64,000 nucleotides of DNA from Anolis carolinensis (Eukaryota), in assembly GCF_035594765.1 (NCBI RefSeq), contig NC_085841.1:260864525-260928524 (forward strand), written 5' to 3'. The notes below the pieces were generated by a model that was not told where the DNA came from, ran no database searches, and saw only the letters and a program-made list of their open reading frames with translations. The position numbers were made by a program, and so were the translations under genes. Shown here piece after piece: positions 11,012 to 25,332 of the stretch. The number at the start of each line of letters is the position of its first letter. Position 1 is the stretch's first letter.

Positions 11012-13209
11012 TGAGTCTACACTGCCATATAATCCAGTGCAAATTAGATAATCTGTGGAAGAAGTCTAAGTGAGGCCTACATCTGCCTGTCCCCTAACTG
11101 AATCCTGGCTGTCCCTTGGTTGCTAGGCAACCAAGTGGGCAGAGATTAGCCCTCTAAACTGGCAGCAATTGGATAAAAAAAATTATTGCTCTCCCTCTAA
11201 TTAGGACTTTATTTTTCTTTTCTTTTTGTTGTATCAACCTTAAGGCGTGGATGATGGGTTGTGTTGTCAAATTTTGAGGTTGGGGGGCCTGTACTTTTGT
11301 TGTTTTGTGAATTGCCGTGATGCCATCACTCTTTTATATATATAGATATATATAATCAGGAGGTGGAGAGGGATGCAATATCTCCGCTTTTTGGGGCTTG
11401 TGGAGGAAAATCTAACACTAGTGGGGGCACAATGTTTTCATAATTACATCTGAAAGAAATAACATCTGGGGAGAAAAGGAAGAATCTTAATAAAATAGAA
11501 AAGGAACCTTAACTAATGACTGGAAATGGCTTTTGTGGGAATCTGTTTCATTAGAGATAAGTGATGATGTGCATGCAGGCAGTGTTTTAGGTATGAAAGA
11601 TTTATTAAGATGGAACAGCACTACAGCTATCGCTTATATTATGAGACAGAAAACTTATTTTAACACGATTGACATTTAGATTTTGTCCAAAGCCAAAAGA
11701 AAAGGACTAGACACTTTCAGACAAAGCAAATATTGATTTGCAGATCAGTAAAAAAGTAAGTTGACAGTGACTAGACTGGACCAATTCCAGATTTCCATCT
11801 AAAATTTCTAACATTTTGCCTGTTTTCTTAATTGATCTACATTTTGACAGAGGAGAGGTTAAAAACTGAGCTTGAATCACCCCATGATGGTCTGATAATA
11901 ACTGAAGTTACTTAATTCCAGATGCCATATCCCTCAAATCAGATCTATTTAAAATCCTAGAAGAAATCGAACATGTGCCAAGGATAAGTTTATTGGCTGA
12001 AACCATGTAAATCCCAATATATCCTGAGCAATTTGCTCTTCACCAGAGGACTCTATGACAATTATTTTAAATGGCTAGATATAAAATGGTCGCCATGGGG
12101 AGAAATACTTGTGATTGCATCTTGCAAAAGGACAAAATGTTCTTTTCCACATCAGATCCATTTAAGGTTCAGCAGCAAGTCCTAAGTTTCATTTTCTGTA
12201 ATTCTCAGTGATCAGTTAACACAACCAGATTCTCTTATGTGCATGTGTCTGCAGTACTGTGATTGAGAGCAACTATTTTTGCATTTGCCCTTACACCTTT
12301 TGTAGCCTCTGCAAACATGGAGAGGAAAGGCTGTGGCTCTATTCCTGTAAAGGTTGGTTCACAATATTCACCCACATGATCATGACCCTGGATCTCACAT
12401 TTGGGTATGATATAATTGTGAAGTGCCTTTTAGTTTCACTGATATCACATGCTCTCCTTTGTGCAACTTTCAGGCACTATAATCCTATGTGAACAAAGAG
12501 TTCAGAAATTCAAATTTCTGACTACCAAAATTTTGGAAACATCTTCACCATATATTATTCAGACAAATCCGATTGCACTTGATTTCTTTATGCACCAACA
12601 CTTTCCTTCAGACTTTTCTTGTTTCAAACTTGCCTCATGCACGTTCCACAGCACAAACTTAATGGCACCACTACTTTACTACTTTTACCATGTGGCACAC
12701 CTCACAGAAAATATTAACAGATCTTCCTGTATTTACTTTTGTTTGATCATTAAAAAAAGTTCAGCAGACAGAATGCTCCTAAATCCATAATCCCTCTCCC
12801 TCCTCCATATTGGGTGCTATAGATGAAAATATTTGTAGAAGTTAGTTGCAATACTTTGCCCAATGATTGAAAGCATATATGATTGACCAACACAAATAAC
12901 AGGTTATTGGGAAATATTCCTTACTGCTGATCAATATTACTATTCTTTGCATAGAGGCATTTTGCACATCATGTTGGTAAAGCATGCAGGGAGACATGAC
13001 AGCATGAATCAGGTAATGTGAGATATTCCCACGTTATGTCTCAGGATTGCCCCTGGGCACGTGCAGAGAACAGCCAACACCCACCACTTCTTTGCTAGAG
13101 CTGCAATAATGGATAGGTGATAATTTATAGAATTGTTTGATGCCCCAGAAAGTCAGTAGAAGCTGCTGTGCTTATGGCATCCTCTACATCAGTTTGATGG
13201 CAACTCCTA

Positions 13210-13507
13210 CAGTAGAGTCTCACTTATCCAACATAAACATAAAAGTTGGATAATGAAAATGTTGGATAATAAGGAGGGATTAAGGAAAAGTCTATTAAAC
13301 ATCTAATTACATTGAGATTTTATAAATTAAGCACCAAAACTTGACATTTTACAAGTCTGCCACTTGTTTGGGAGTGTGGCTGCACTTGTGTTATTGTTGG
13401 GCATGTTGCTGCCTAGAGAAACAGCAGTGGATCTGGGTGGGATGCAGACTGTGTTGGATAATACAGAACTTTGGACAAGAGAAAGTTGGATAAACGAGAC
13501 TCTACTA
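13210..13507. mobile_element. pogo/Tigger-type MITE (same TIR family, different interior)
   Basis: cagtagagtctcacttatccaac ... gttggataaacgagactctacta, TA flanks. Confidence 0.85.
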
Positions 13508-13945
13508 TAGTACAAAAGATTAGGAAAGGCTCTGCACAACTTCCCTTAATTAAATCCAATCTTGGCGCATAATGCAGTTAAAACAAATCCATACACCTCT
13601 GTCAATGTGATATCAGTGGAAGAAACAAGGACGATAGCATCATGGCCCATATACTTGAAAGGAGCACATGATGAGAGTAGAGCCATTTGAAGCTGCTTTA
13701 TTCTAGTTGACTGTCTAGCTCAGTGCAATCTCCTCTCACCAAGTCAAGCTCTTTAGTTTCTGGAAATCTTAAAGTTTCTCCAGACTTGCCATTTGAGAAA
13801 CTTTAATAATGAATATGAGATGTTCTACTCATGCTTTCACATAAAGCAACAGCCCTGTCCATGCCAGTGGCATCAGCTTTCCATATACTAACATACATAT
13901 GGAAAAGTGTCCTACAAGCCTTAGAACAGGTACTAAAGTGAAAGA

Positions 13946-14223
13946 TGTGTGTGTGTGTGTGTGTGTGGGGAATGAATGGGAATTATGTGCTAAAAAGAAA
14001 GAAGTGGTCGGAGGTGAAGAGGAAATTACTCAGAGACTTGGTGGGAGGGAAAGGATGCTGCAGAATTGCATTAATTCAGCAGTGACACATTATTAACCAC
14101 ATATCCCTTGCTCTACAAAGTTAAGTACCTTTACTTAACAGGCCAAGCCTGTTCTTTCCTGTCAAGGACACAAAGTCTCTCAATCCTATTCATTTTCAAG
14201 GCAACACACACACACACACACAC
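13946..14223. repeat. (TG)11 at 13946-13967 and (AC)10 at 14204-14223 microsatellites
   Basis: Read directly from the sequence. Confidence 0.9.
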
Positions 14224-14880
14224 TAAAACCAAGCAAGAGAACAACGGAGATAGGGCACTGGATTATATTTTTGCTAAAGGTCAGGAAAGGGGGAATTAAT
14301 TATATAAATTTGTTTGACAGGGAATAAAATTTCTTGCATTAGAATACAGGGAAAAGGTGAAGGGAGATTTATCAAACACAATGAAGCTCATAAAAACAAC
14401 CGTAAATCCATAAGAAGTATCAAAGGGGATAACATAGAAAAGGCTACATATGTTTCCCAATGTCTATGAGGGGGAAAAAACCAACTACTGAATGAGCTCC
14501 ATCATCCCTGCCGTCCATACATTAGCATCACTAGGATATAAAACTAGAGACAAACAACTGGGCCCCTGGTGCAATTTATATGTGCACATATTATTATATT
14601 ACTCTATAATCCCATCATGTTCTAAAGCTACATTTTCAGGGTTATATATATTCTTAAATCAATATGAACATGAGTTGGATGGATGGATTTGTGCATGTTG
14701 AATTAGCCTTGTGCTTCCTACTAGGATCATAAGCTTCTTTGCAAAATGTCGAATGATTCAACATAAGATACTCTCTCACTACATATGAAATGAAGTTGAC
14801 CCTTAATGCCCAGGGGTCAAGAGACTTGGGAGACAGAGGTGATGTTTAGTATGTCCGAACTAAGATAGGATAAAAGATAC

Positions 14881-15065
14881 CTCTGGGATGTGGTGGCTGA
14901 GACAATAGCGTTTATTGCAATACAGACACAGCTGTCCCAGAGTTGTTACACTTGCTTTGCACTTGGAGAAACCACATGTATTGTCAGCTTTAACTGCAGC
15001 AGAAATCATAGCATCAAAATCTTCCTCAGCTGCACTTTCTGTTCTGGTTTTAACAACAGGCTTCC
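14881..15065 (-). CDS. IGHMBP2: IGHMBP2 coding exon (exon 14 equivalent, 185 nt); AN1-type zinc finger
   Basis: Not in the ORF track. Hand translation gives (G)[67 protein letters not shown] acceptor, GTATCT donor. Confidence 0.96.
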
Positions 15066-16633
15066 CTAAAATACAAAGAAAATAATATTAATTTTGTCAA
15101 AAAATAATAGAGGAAAGAATCCAATGCAATCTTTTATTATGTGCACAAGAGCTGCAGGTGAAAAAATTCCCAAGTAGTCTGAGAAGTTCCCAAAACTGGA
15201 AGAGACAAAACAGAAAACCACTGTCAAATGCATGCAAAGACTGACAGAGGTCTGACCTCATGTGTGCATGCATGAGAACAGATAAGTCATGAACAGTAAG
15301 CAGTATTACTCAAAATAACAGACATGGCAAGATCTCTCTACCCTGAAGGTCTGTGTAAGATAAACTGAACAAAGACTAGGAAGCAAGATATGAAAAAGAG
15401 TTGCAAAGATGAAGTGTGTGGGAGTACTTGATTGGCAGGAATGTTGGTGGCTGGTGGTTTAAATATATTAACACAATCCAGAATGTTGCTTTATGCTAAA
15501 TCAGAACATAGTGCCATTTAGCCAGAACTGGCAGTAGTTCCATAAGGTCTCCCAGGTAGGTCCTTCCCACAAGAGGCTTACAAGATCTCTTACTAAGAGA
15601 CACCAATGATCCTGAAACTCTAGTCCTCCAGGTATTTTAGACTTTGACTTCCAGAAGTGTCCACTTCCTTGGCCAATGACCAAGGATTCTTGGAGCAGAA
15701 GACCAGAGTTTGGGAAATATCGTTCTATCCACACAAAAGATAAAGTTTAGTACTGACCTATAGGCCTCCCCTTGGGAACCCTTTGTATGAACAGTAAACT
15801 CAATGAATGCATATAGAGGGTTAAGTTACAGGTTACCTATCCTTGCTTTTTACAGATCTTGGAGTATGCAAATTCTCTCAAAGGCATGAGGAAGGAAAAG
15901 AAGGATGTTTATGTTTATTTTCAAAGTTACCACCAAGTGAAACATATGCATATGTGAGGATGTATATTTTTCACAATTATCCATTTAAGCAGGCAATAAC
16001 ACCCTGCCCTTGGGCCAGTTGCATGTTTTTCACAATACGTTATAACCAAGATCCCCATTCCAAAGAGTAAGTCAAACTAACCCTTGGGTCACTCTGTTTT
16101 TTGATAATATCAGATATTGCATCTTTGCATATTCTGGTCTTGTATGTGTGGGTGTATGTAGCATGTCCAAAAGCCAAATGTGGTAGTCTAACATCTTCAA
16201 GGAAACTGACTCAATGAAAAAGGGTGATCTGACTCAAAAGGAGTTGACTTGGGCTGAAGTCTTGGTTTTCAAAGTGTTTCATCAGCCAAAGAATCTGCAG
16301 CAACAACAACCCTGCAGAAACAACTGTATGTTTTCATATCTGTAGTTGAATAATAATAACAATAGGAATATACAATTAACAGTAAAATACATACAAAGCT
16401 TTTGAAACCAATTATTCAAAGGATGTTCAAGAAGTATGTTTCCCAGAGTGCTTCAGCAGTGGGATTTCTATGAAAGTTGGGATAACAGGAAAACTCATGA
16501 ATACTGAAAGAGCAATGGAAAAGTATAATTGATTTAACTTTTAAAAAATGCAAGAGAGAGAAAGAGAGAAAAAGGTTGAAGGAATTAAAATGATACAAAA
16601 CAACATAATTGCTAAAGAGGGCATATCTCATAC

Positions 16634-17491
16634 CTATGGCTTCACCTTTGTGTTTCTTCCCAGGTTCTTGCAGGTTTACATTCTGTTGCTGACTTTGTTT
16701 TGCTTTTTCCTTTTTCCTGGCCTTTTCCCTTTCTATCCTTTCCATGTGCAATGTTTTCAGATCTATTTCTCCCATGCTAATGCTGCTTACTCTCTCCTTG
16801 TTGTGACCAGAAATTTCCCTTGAAGGGCTGGGTGTCTTAGGGGATAACTCTTGTTCACATACCTTCACATCTCTCAGAGATACATGTGTTGCAACAGTTT
16901 TAGGCAAAGTGGGATTTGTGGCAGTAGTTTTCCTTCGAATGCTAATGTATCTCTCTTTTCCTTCACCCAAACTTAAATGTTGCAACCCATATTCCTCTGC
17001 CAACTGGTGGATAAGCAGCCTGTCGTGAGCATTTAATGATGGAGGAAACTCCAGCTGTGACTCACTACTGTCCAGAAATTCCAATATCTTTGCTTTATGT
17101 TTACACAAACGCTCCTTTACTTCAGGACCTGCAGTTGTGATCCTGACTGTGTTTGACACCAAACCCTCTGTTGGTCTCTGCTCAGGTTGTTTGGTTGGTT
17201 TTCTTTGTGGTTTCTCCCCATCAGCTTTTGGGGCTGCTTTGTTGCATTTATGCTTCTGTCCTTGGCCACTGAGACTCTGAGAGTTTTTGGGTGCATAGTT
17301 TTCTGGCACAATGTCATCCAGATATTCAAAGGCTGTGCGTACTTCTCCATGTTCATTCATGTAATCAACCAGCCGTTTAAGAAAACTGTGGTTTCCAGTG
17401 GTTCGGGAGTCACAGATCACAGCTACATGGCGTCGGGCACGGGTTATTGCAACATTTATTCTCCGGTCTTCAGCAAGAAATCCCACTTCAC
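16634..17491 (-). CDS. IGHMBP2: IGHMBP2 large coding exon (exon 13 equivalent, 858 nt); helicase motif VI and R3H domain
   Basis: (G)EVGFLAEDRRINVAITRARRH (motif VI) ... LEFPPSLNAHDRLLIHQLAEEYGLQHLSLGEGKERYISI (R3H, R-x3-H = RLLIH). CAG acceptor at 17492-17494, GTATGA donor at 16633 down. Confidence 0.96.
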
Positions 17492-18912
17492 CTGTGTGTC
17501 AGAAAAACAATCACAATAACCTCAGATACCAATCTATGTAAATGATGACAAGAGCAGGTTACTAGCAGATATCAAAGATGTATAAACAGCCACAACACAT
17601 TAATATACAGTGAATCCTCTGGATCTGCAAGAATGCCAAAAGATGTAGATTACTGAATCCCATAGTATTTAATGGCAGTGATGTGTGTGTGGCCACTTCA
17701 GCATGGACATATACATGGTGTGCCACTGTGATTATAGGTTTGATGCTATAGCTATGTACAACTTTGCAGTTATAGTTGATTGATCAACATAGGACACATA
17801 ATATATAATGGAGGTTTGAAGTGATAATGCTCTATTTTTGAGGTTGATTAGATTTTTGTTTTTTACTGTATGGAGAAATGGGGCAAACAAAGTATCAAAT
17901 ATGGAATTTCTTGTCAAACATTAACGAGGGAGCTTTTGATTTCTGCAATGTAAGTTTCCTCACAATTTCTTAAATATCTCAAAATAACCCATACTTTTAA
18001 TTTAAATGATACATAAATGCTTTATTTTATCTGTCAAAATGTGAGTGATCAGACAGTTAATATTCTTTAACTGATTGAAAGCTCTACATATTTTATATGA
18101 CTATGGAGTTGTTCCAATGTGCTTCATAGTCAACTTTGGAAGGAGGGAAAGTTTAATTCCATTTTATGTTTCAATAAGGAAACAGAGTTCATTAAAAGGC
18201 AAAATAAAGAAAACAGATTTCTGGAGTTGGATAAAAATTCATAAGCCGTAGATGCTCATTTTTAGTTCTCATCATTGTGATCTGGAGTGCCAAAGGTGGG
18301 ACAGCAGGGATATCCCTATTGGTGGTCCAAGCTCATTCACTAAACCCAACTAAAGTTCACAACTGAAATGGAACGGGATGGAAGATATAGGTTTCTACTG
18401 AATAGTTCCAGCAGAAATTGGTAAGGGAAATCTCAGGCAATTATATCCTTCTTCTATCTAGTTGTTGGCAGAAATCTAACTTCATAAAGACCAGATATAT
18501 ATAGAGAGAGAGTATATGCTATTTTTAAAAGAAGGCAATTAACTAACATGTGTGTATGAGTAAATGATTATAAAATGGCAAGTGCATATGAGATTTTTCC
18601 AGAAGCTATTTCTGATCTCCAGTTACTTTCTTAAGGATCTATAATAACAGATAGCAAAAGCCAGGATGAGTCAGCTTAGCTGCTTAACTTGGATGCTGGT
18701 TGATTACTCTGTTCTTGCGGAGAAGCAGGAGACAAGTGGAAAAGCAGACTTTAAAAGCAAATCAGGACAGCAGGTTTGTTCCCATCATCTGAAGTTATAA
18801 AACATTTCAGCACATAGTTATGCTGAAATGCATTAGTCACTAAATTGTGTTTAAGTAAACTGTACCTGGAAAAAAGCCACCTTTATCTCCAGGAGCTCAA
18901 GATTGTATAGAT

Positions 18913-19036
18913 CGGTGGTTTTCAACGTAGTGTTTTGGCCTACAACACCCAGAAATCCCAGCCACTTTGCCAACTGTTAGGATTTCTGGGAGTTGAAGGC
19001 CAAAACATCTGGGAGCCCACAGGTTGAGAACCACTG
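18913..19036. mobile_element. Palindromic hAT MITE
   Basis: cggtggttttcaac / gttgagaaccactg TIRs. Perfect 8-bp TSD gtatagat. Confidence 0.88.
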
Positions 19037-19347
19037 GTATAGATGATCTTCCTCTCCATATTATTCTTACAGCCCAGTGATGCAGATTAGAATAAAGGAG
19101 AGCTTAAGCTTATTTTTCAAGATAAAATTGATATAACCTTTATACCTATGCACATATGCATGTACACACCAAGTATGTAACAACATATTCAGGCGGGTTA
19201 GGAATACAGGAGAGAGCTGTGTAGTTCGTACACATGCCACAAAACCATTTCTATCTCTTTTTGTGTGAAAGAATCTAGTTAAAATTGTACTGTCTCTCAT
19301 TTCAGTCAAAACTTCTCCACAAATTCAAATCTAGAAGACTGTTCTGC

Positions 19348-22300
19348 TTTCTTTTCTTTTTTTAAAATAGATTTTTATTAAAGTTTTAACTAAGGTGTAC
19401 AGGGAAAGTGTGAGAACATATAAATTTATAGAAAAGAGGGATGAAAAGGATAGTAGTGGGGGGGGGGAGAGAGAGAGAGAGAGTAAAATAAAATAAAATA
19501 GAAAAAATAAAAATTTAAAAGTAAAAAAATAAAAAGATTTAAAAAAATAAAAAATTGTGTGACTTCCGTTCTTCTTTTCCTTGGGTTCATGTTAAGTAAT
19601 TTCATTATAATTGATCTTTCCCTTTTAGTAAATCCGATAATTTAGTTCAAAATCCCAAACTTCGTAAAACTCTTTGATATACAGTACTTCTCAAGTGATG
19701 TCCAATCGGTCATTTTTAGACCTTTAGCATTATTCTTCTTCTAATTCTAATTCTTCTAATTTATCCATATCCTTTATTTCCAAGACTTTATTCAGCCATG
19801 ACTCTTTAGATGGTAAATTATCTGGTTTCCATTCCTTTGCAAAAACCATTCTAGCTGCTTGTTTAATAAACAAGTAAGTATTTTTTTTCTTTATTTACAT
19901 GAATAGCAAGTTCCTCTTTGTATAACCCCAATAAATATATTTCAGGCTTCATTACGAAATTCACTCCCAATATTTTTTGGGTTTCATTATGAATCACTTT
20001 CCAAAATTTCATTGTTTTGTCACAGGACCACCACATATGAAAATATATGCCTTCTTTATCTTTGCACTTCCAACAGCTGCTATCCACGTTTTTTTACATT
20101 AATCCTAATTTCTTGGGAGTCATATGCCATCTATGCAGCATTTTTCACTAATTTTCCCACAAATCCATTGCATAGTTAATTTTCAATTTTCTTTGCCATA
20201 GCTTCCCATTTTTTCATCATTATTGGTCTCCCTATATTTCTTGCCCATTTCAATATTGAATTCTTCATTACTTCTGTTTCGGTTGCCTATTCCAACAATT
20301 TATTATACAATTTTGTAATTAGTTTCTTCTCAGTTTCTAGTAGCATATTCCAAAAGTCATCTTTATCATTGAATCTAATTTTCTTATCCAAGTTATAATA
20401 TTCTTTAATTTGCAGATATTGGAGCCATGTGACCTTTGTATTTTGCTTTTATGTCATCATGTTGTCTTAGTTCAAAGCAATCTTTCTTTTTTCAACATTT
20501 CTCTATAAGTTGGCCATTTCGTCCAGCCAAGTAATCTTCTTTGGTTTGCTTCCAATCGTGCGGCCCACAATGGTGGTTTTTCATAGAAATTTCATCTGTA
20601 CCTTTCCCAAACTCGTAGCAAGGTTGATCTTACAAAATGATTATCAACGTTTTTCTCTTTTGCAGCCTCTCCATACCATAGGTAGGAGTACCAACCTTTT
20701 CTCAAATCGAATCCTTCCAAAGTCAATAATTTGGGTTTTGATAATTTTATCCATTTTCTAATCCAAACCAAAGCACATGCCTCAAAGTACATTTTCAGAT
20801 CAGGGGACCCAAATCCGCCCCTCATTTTAGAGTCCATGATTGTTGTGGCTTTAATTCTGGGGTTTTCCCCTTTCCAGATGAACTTTGACAGAACCTTATT
20901 CCAGTCTTTAAGTATTTTCATATTTCTTATGATGGGGATAGTTTGAAATAAGTGTAATAACTTCGGCAATATGTTCATTTTTATTGCTGCTATACACCCC
21001 ATCATTGATAGATTTAATTTTTTTCCAACTCTCCAAATCCTTTTTTATTTCTTGCCATTTGGCTAAGTAGTTGTTTTTTAAAAGTTGATTGTTCTTAGTA
21101 GAAATCTAAATACCCAGATATTTAAATTTCATTACTAACTTGAATCCGGTTCATTCTTGAAGCCATTTTTGATTTTGTTTGAAAACATTCTTCGTCATAA
21201 TTGTAGTTTTTGTTTTATTTAATTTAAGGCCCGCTAATAGGCCAAATTCGTTAATTATATCCAACCAAACTTGTATTTTCTCTTTTGGGTTCTCAATTAT
21301 ACAAATTATGTCATCAGCAAAGGCTCTAATCTTATACTCCTGTTTATCTATCTTTGTACCACTTAATTCTTTATTCTCTCTTATGTTTCTCATCAAAATC
21401 TCCAACGCGAAAATGAATATTAATGGAGAGAGTGGGCAACCTTCTCTGCTGCCCTTTTCAATATCAAATTCTTCAGTACTTTCTCCATTAATCACAATTT
21501 TTGCCTTTTACTGTTTGTAAATTGCATCAATTGCATTTTGAAATTGAAAGCCCATATCCATTTCTCGAAATAGTAGTTTAATAAAGTTTAAATTTAAATT
21601 ATCAAAGGCTTTCTCAGCGTCAATAGAGAATAATGCTACTTCTTTTTGGTGAAAGGATTCATAGTATTCAATTATATCCAGAATCATTCTTACGTCATCC
21701 TTAGTGCTTCTCTCTGGGAGAAAGCCCGCCTGGTCTTCCCCGATCCAAGTTATGAGAAAGTCTTTCAATCTTTCTGCTAAAATATTTGCAAAAATCTTAT
21801 AATCTGTGTTCAGTAATGAAATTGGACGATAGTTTTTAACATCTTCTGGGTCTGCTCCGTCTTTATGTATCATCATTATTTCTGCATGTCTCCATGTCTC
21901 AGGGATTTCCTTTTGTTGTAGTATTGCATTCATCACCATCTTTAGAGAGGTAACAATTTCGTCTTGCATATTTTTATAGTACACCCCAGTGTATCCATCT
22001 GGCCCTGGTGCTTTGTTTAGTTTTAGAGCTTTTATTGCTTTCTTGATTTCATCCTCTGTTATTTAATAAAAGTCTTTGTTCATCTGTAAGTTTCGATAAT
22101 TTTTGCTTACTTAAATATTCTGTAATCTTCTTCTTGTCTATATTGTCGTCCTTGTAAAGGGTCTTATCGTATGTTATAAATTGTTTCATTATCTCCTTGT
22201 CTGTTGTGTAGGTCGTATCTCCCATCTTTATTTTGGATATGTGTTGTAATTGCCTTTTCCCCCTCAATCTTCTGGATAACTCTAGGCTTATTCGCATTTT

Positions 22301-25278
22301 TGAATGTATATTGTTTCAGATATTTCATCTTTTTCGCGACATCTTTAAGCTCCAAATTATCTTTTTGCCTTATGCAGACTTTTTTTTACACTTAGTGTCT
22401 TTTGGATTCTCTTTTAGTTCTTTTTCCTTAAATTTAATTTGGTCAGTTAGTTCATTTATTTTTTGTTGTCTTTTTCGCTTCTTTATTGAGTTTTGCCGGA
22501 TTAAGTGTCCCGCATTACTGCCTTGTATGCATCCCATATTACATATGGTTTTGTTTCCAGTTTGTTATTTAAGTTAAAGATGCCCTTTGTAATTTTTTTA
22601 TTTTTGATAATATCCTCTTCTTGTTTTTGCAAATTATCATTTAATTTCCATCTCCAAATATTATGCTTGTGATTTAATGTCATTTCTAAGGCATTGTGTT
22701 CGGAAATGTCTCTTGTGCTAATTTTTATGTAGTCGACTTTAGACGAAATAGTCTTAGATGTCCAAATCATGTCAATTCTTGACCAGGAGAGGTGTCTGTT
22801 AGAGTAAAAAGTATAATCTTTACATGATGGGTTTTACTCCCTCCAAATATCCATCCCCAATTCTTCTTTTAATTTTAGAAAAAGGTTTTGGTAATGTGCT
22901 AGTTGCTCCCTTCTCCTGTTTCGATTGTTTCATAATTTTGTCCAAATTTTTGTCCATCACTCCATTAAAATCACCAAATATTATTATATCATCAATATCA
23001 GTTTGTAGTATTTTCTCTCTCAATAATTTTACAAATTTTGTTTTAGGACCATTTGGGGCATAGATATTACATAGTAATATTTTTTTCAATCCAATAGTTA
23101 TTCTTACTGCCACCATCTTCCCGTCTTCATCTTTGAATTGTAATTCAGCTGGGATATCTTTATCTATGTATTGGGCCACCCCACTTTTCTTTACTTCCGC
23201 CATGGAGTGGAACTCTTGCCCCAAACTAGTTTGGGCAAGGTATTTTGAATGTTTCTGGGAAATATGTGTTTCTTGCAGGGCGATTATTGTATATTTACCT
23301 TTTCTTATTTGATTAAATATTTCTTTTCTTTTATTTGGAGAATTAAGACTATTAACATTGTTAAACGTTTTATTTGTTGAGTAAAGTCAGCCATTGATCA
23401 TTCCCTTTTCAGGGTCCGAGTCATCTGGATTTTTTTCATCTTCCCTGTCATCATCAGTATGGATTGGTCCTGCTGCTTCTATTCCATCTTCAGGTGAATG
23501 ATATCTAGGCCTTTTGGGTTCTTTCCCTTTCACTGGTGACTTCTGAGCTGGGGATTGGGGGGGGGGGGTTCACCAAGTTGTCTTTTTTCAATTTTTTGTA
23601 GAATTCTCTGGCTTTTTCCTCAGACGTCAGCCAGAATTTTTCTTCTTTGTAGGTTACCATCAGACTTTGTCTTTCCCATCTGAACCTTATGTTCAATTTT
23701 TTAAGTTCATCAGTAAGAAGGAAGTTTTTTCTCCGTCTGTTCAATGCAGAGATAGGGAATTCCTTCAAAATTGCAAATTTTTTTGCATTTATAAAAAGTA
23801 GGCTTCTGACTATTTTGCCTTAAAAACTCATCTCTGATCCTTTTCCTCACGAAGCAGACAATGGTATCTCTAGGCGCTTGATTTCTTCTTGAATAGTTGG
23901 TATGTATACGGTACACACAATCGATTTCGGCATCACATTCTTGTTCTCTTTGTTCTAATATCTTGGACACGATTTGTATTATCGTTTGACGTATATCTTA
24001 TCCTCCTGAATGTTTCTAAATCTTAATTGAAATTCCAATTCATTTTGCTCAATTTTCTCTTGTATTCTTTCGAGTTTTTCATTTTTTGACTGTAAAGTGT
24101 CCACTTTCTTCTCGATCTTGTTTTGGGCTTTTTCCATTTTAATATTCCCCAATTTTAAATCTGAAATGTCATTTAGGGCTTTTGTTAGGTCTCTCTTTAA
24201 AGATCAACTTCTTCTTTTATCTCCTTCTTCATTTCCATCATTTCCAAATGAAGTTGCTTCTGTTGTATTTCATGTTTTTCTGACAAGGTTTGTATCTCCT
24301 TCTGTAGTTCCTTTTGCAGATTGTCTTGTTTATCGCTTAATTTCTGTATTATCACTTAATTTCTTAATTTCTGTGGCTGGGAGGGCCTTTCCACAACTAA
24401 AACTTGTGCGCCAGCTGTGACCATACCTTGTGAAGTCTGATCTGGCTACGGTGGTCCATGCCTTAGTTACCTCTAGATTGGATTATTGCAACGCACTCTA
24501 CGTGGGGCTGCCTTTGAAGACAGCCTGGAAACTCCAACTAGTTCAGTGGGCGGCAGCCAGGTTCCTGACAGGAGCGAATTACAGGGAGCGGTCTACGCCT
24601 CTGTTCAAGGAGCTCCACTGGCTGCCGTTCACCTTCCGGACCCAATTCAAGGTGCAGGTGCTGACCTACAAAGTCCTGAACGGTTTGGGACCCACTTACC
24701 TTTCTGACCGCATCTCCCCCTACGAACCCGCATGATCTCTTCATTCATCGGGGGAGGCCCTCCCCTCGCTTCCGCCTCCATCACAAGCGCAGTTGGTGGG
24801 GACGAGGGAGAGGGCCTTCTCCGTGGCGGCCCCCCGGCTCTGGAACGCGCTCCCCAGGGAAATTAGGCAAGCTGCCACCTTGGAAGTGTTCATGTAGAGC
24901 CTGAAAACCTGGCTCTTCAAACAGGCCTTTGAAGAAGTACCGCCCACTGTATACTAAACCCTTGTACTAGCGGTCTCTTCTGACCAGTTGTACCTCTTGG
25001 TTAACTCCTTGACATAGCCTCAGAGTTCACCCCAGTTTAAGGCTCTTCCCATGACCCTGTAGCACCTTAACTTCCTTCTTGTTTACAAGTTCCACTCAGT
25101 GCACTTTGCTCAGCTCATTTTATGTTTTTATTGCTGTGTTTCTCAAGTGTTTTATAATGTTTAATGCCTTTTAAATTTATTTGTGTGTTTTTGTATTTGA
25201 TATTATTGTATGTTGGTTTTATATCTGTAAGCTGCCTCGAGTCCCTCTGGGGAGATGGTGGCGGGGTACAAAAATAAA

Positions 25279-25332
<54 letters not shown>

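Larger units (their letters stand above)
8898..11346 (-). mobile_element. Non-autonomous composite Helitron (about 2.45 kb) in the last IGHMBP2 intron
   Basis: On the minus strand it begins A|TCTATATATATAAAAG and ends with hairpin GCCACAGCAACGCGTGGC then CGGGCACAG-CTAG|T. Inserted between A and T with no TSD, which are canonical Helitron hallmarks. Confidence 0.88.
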
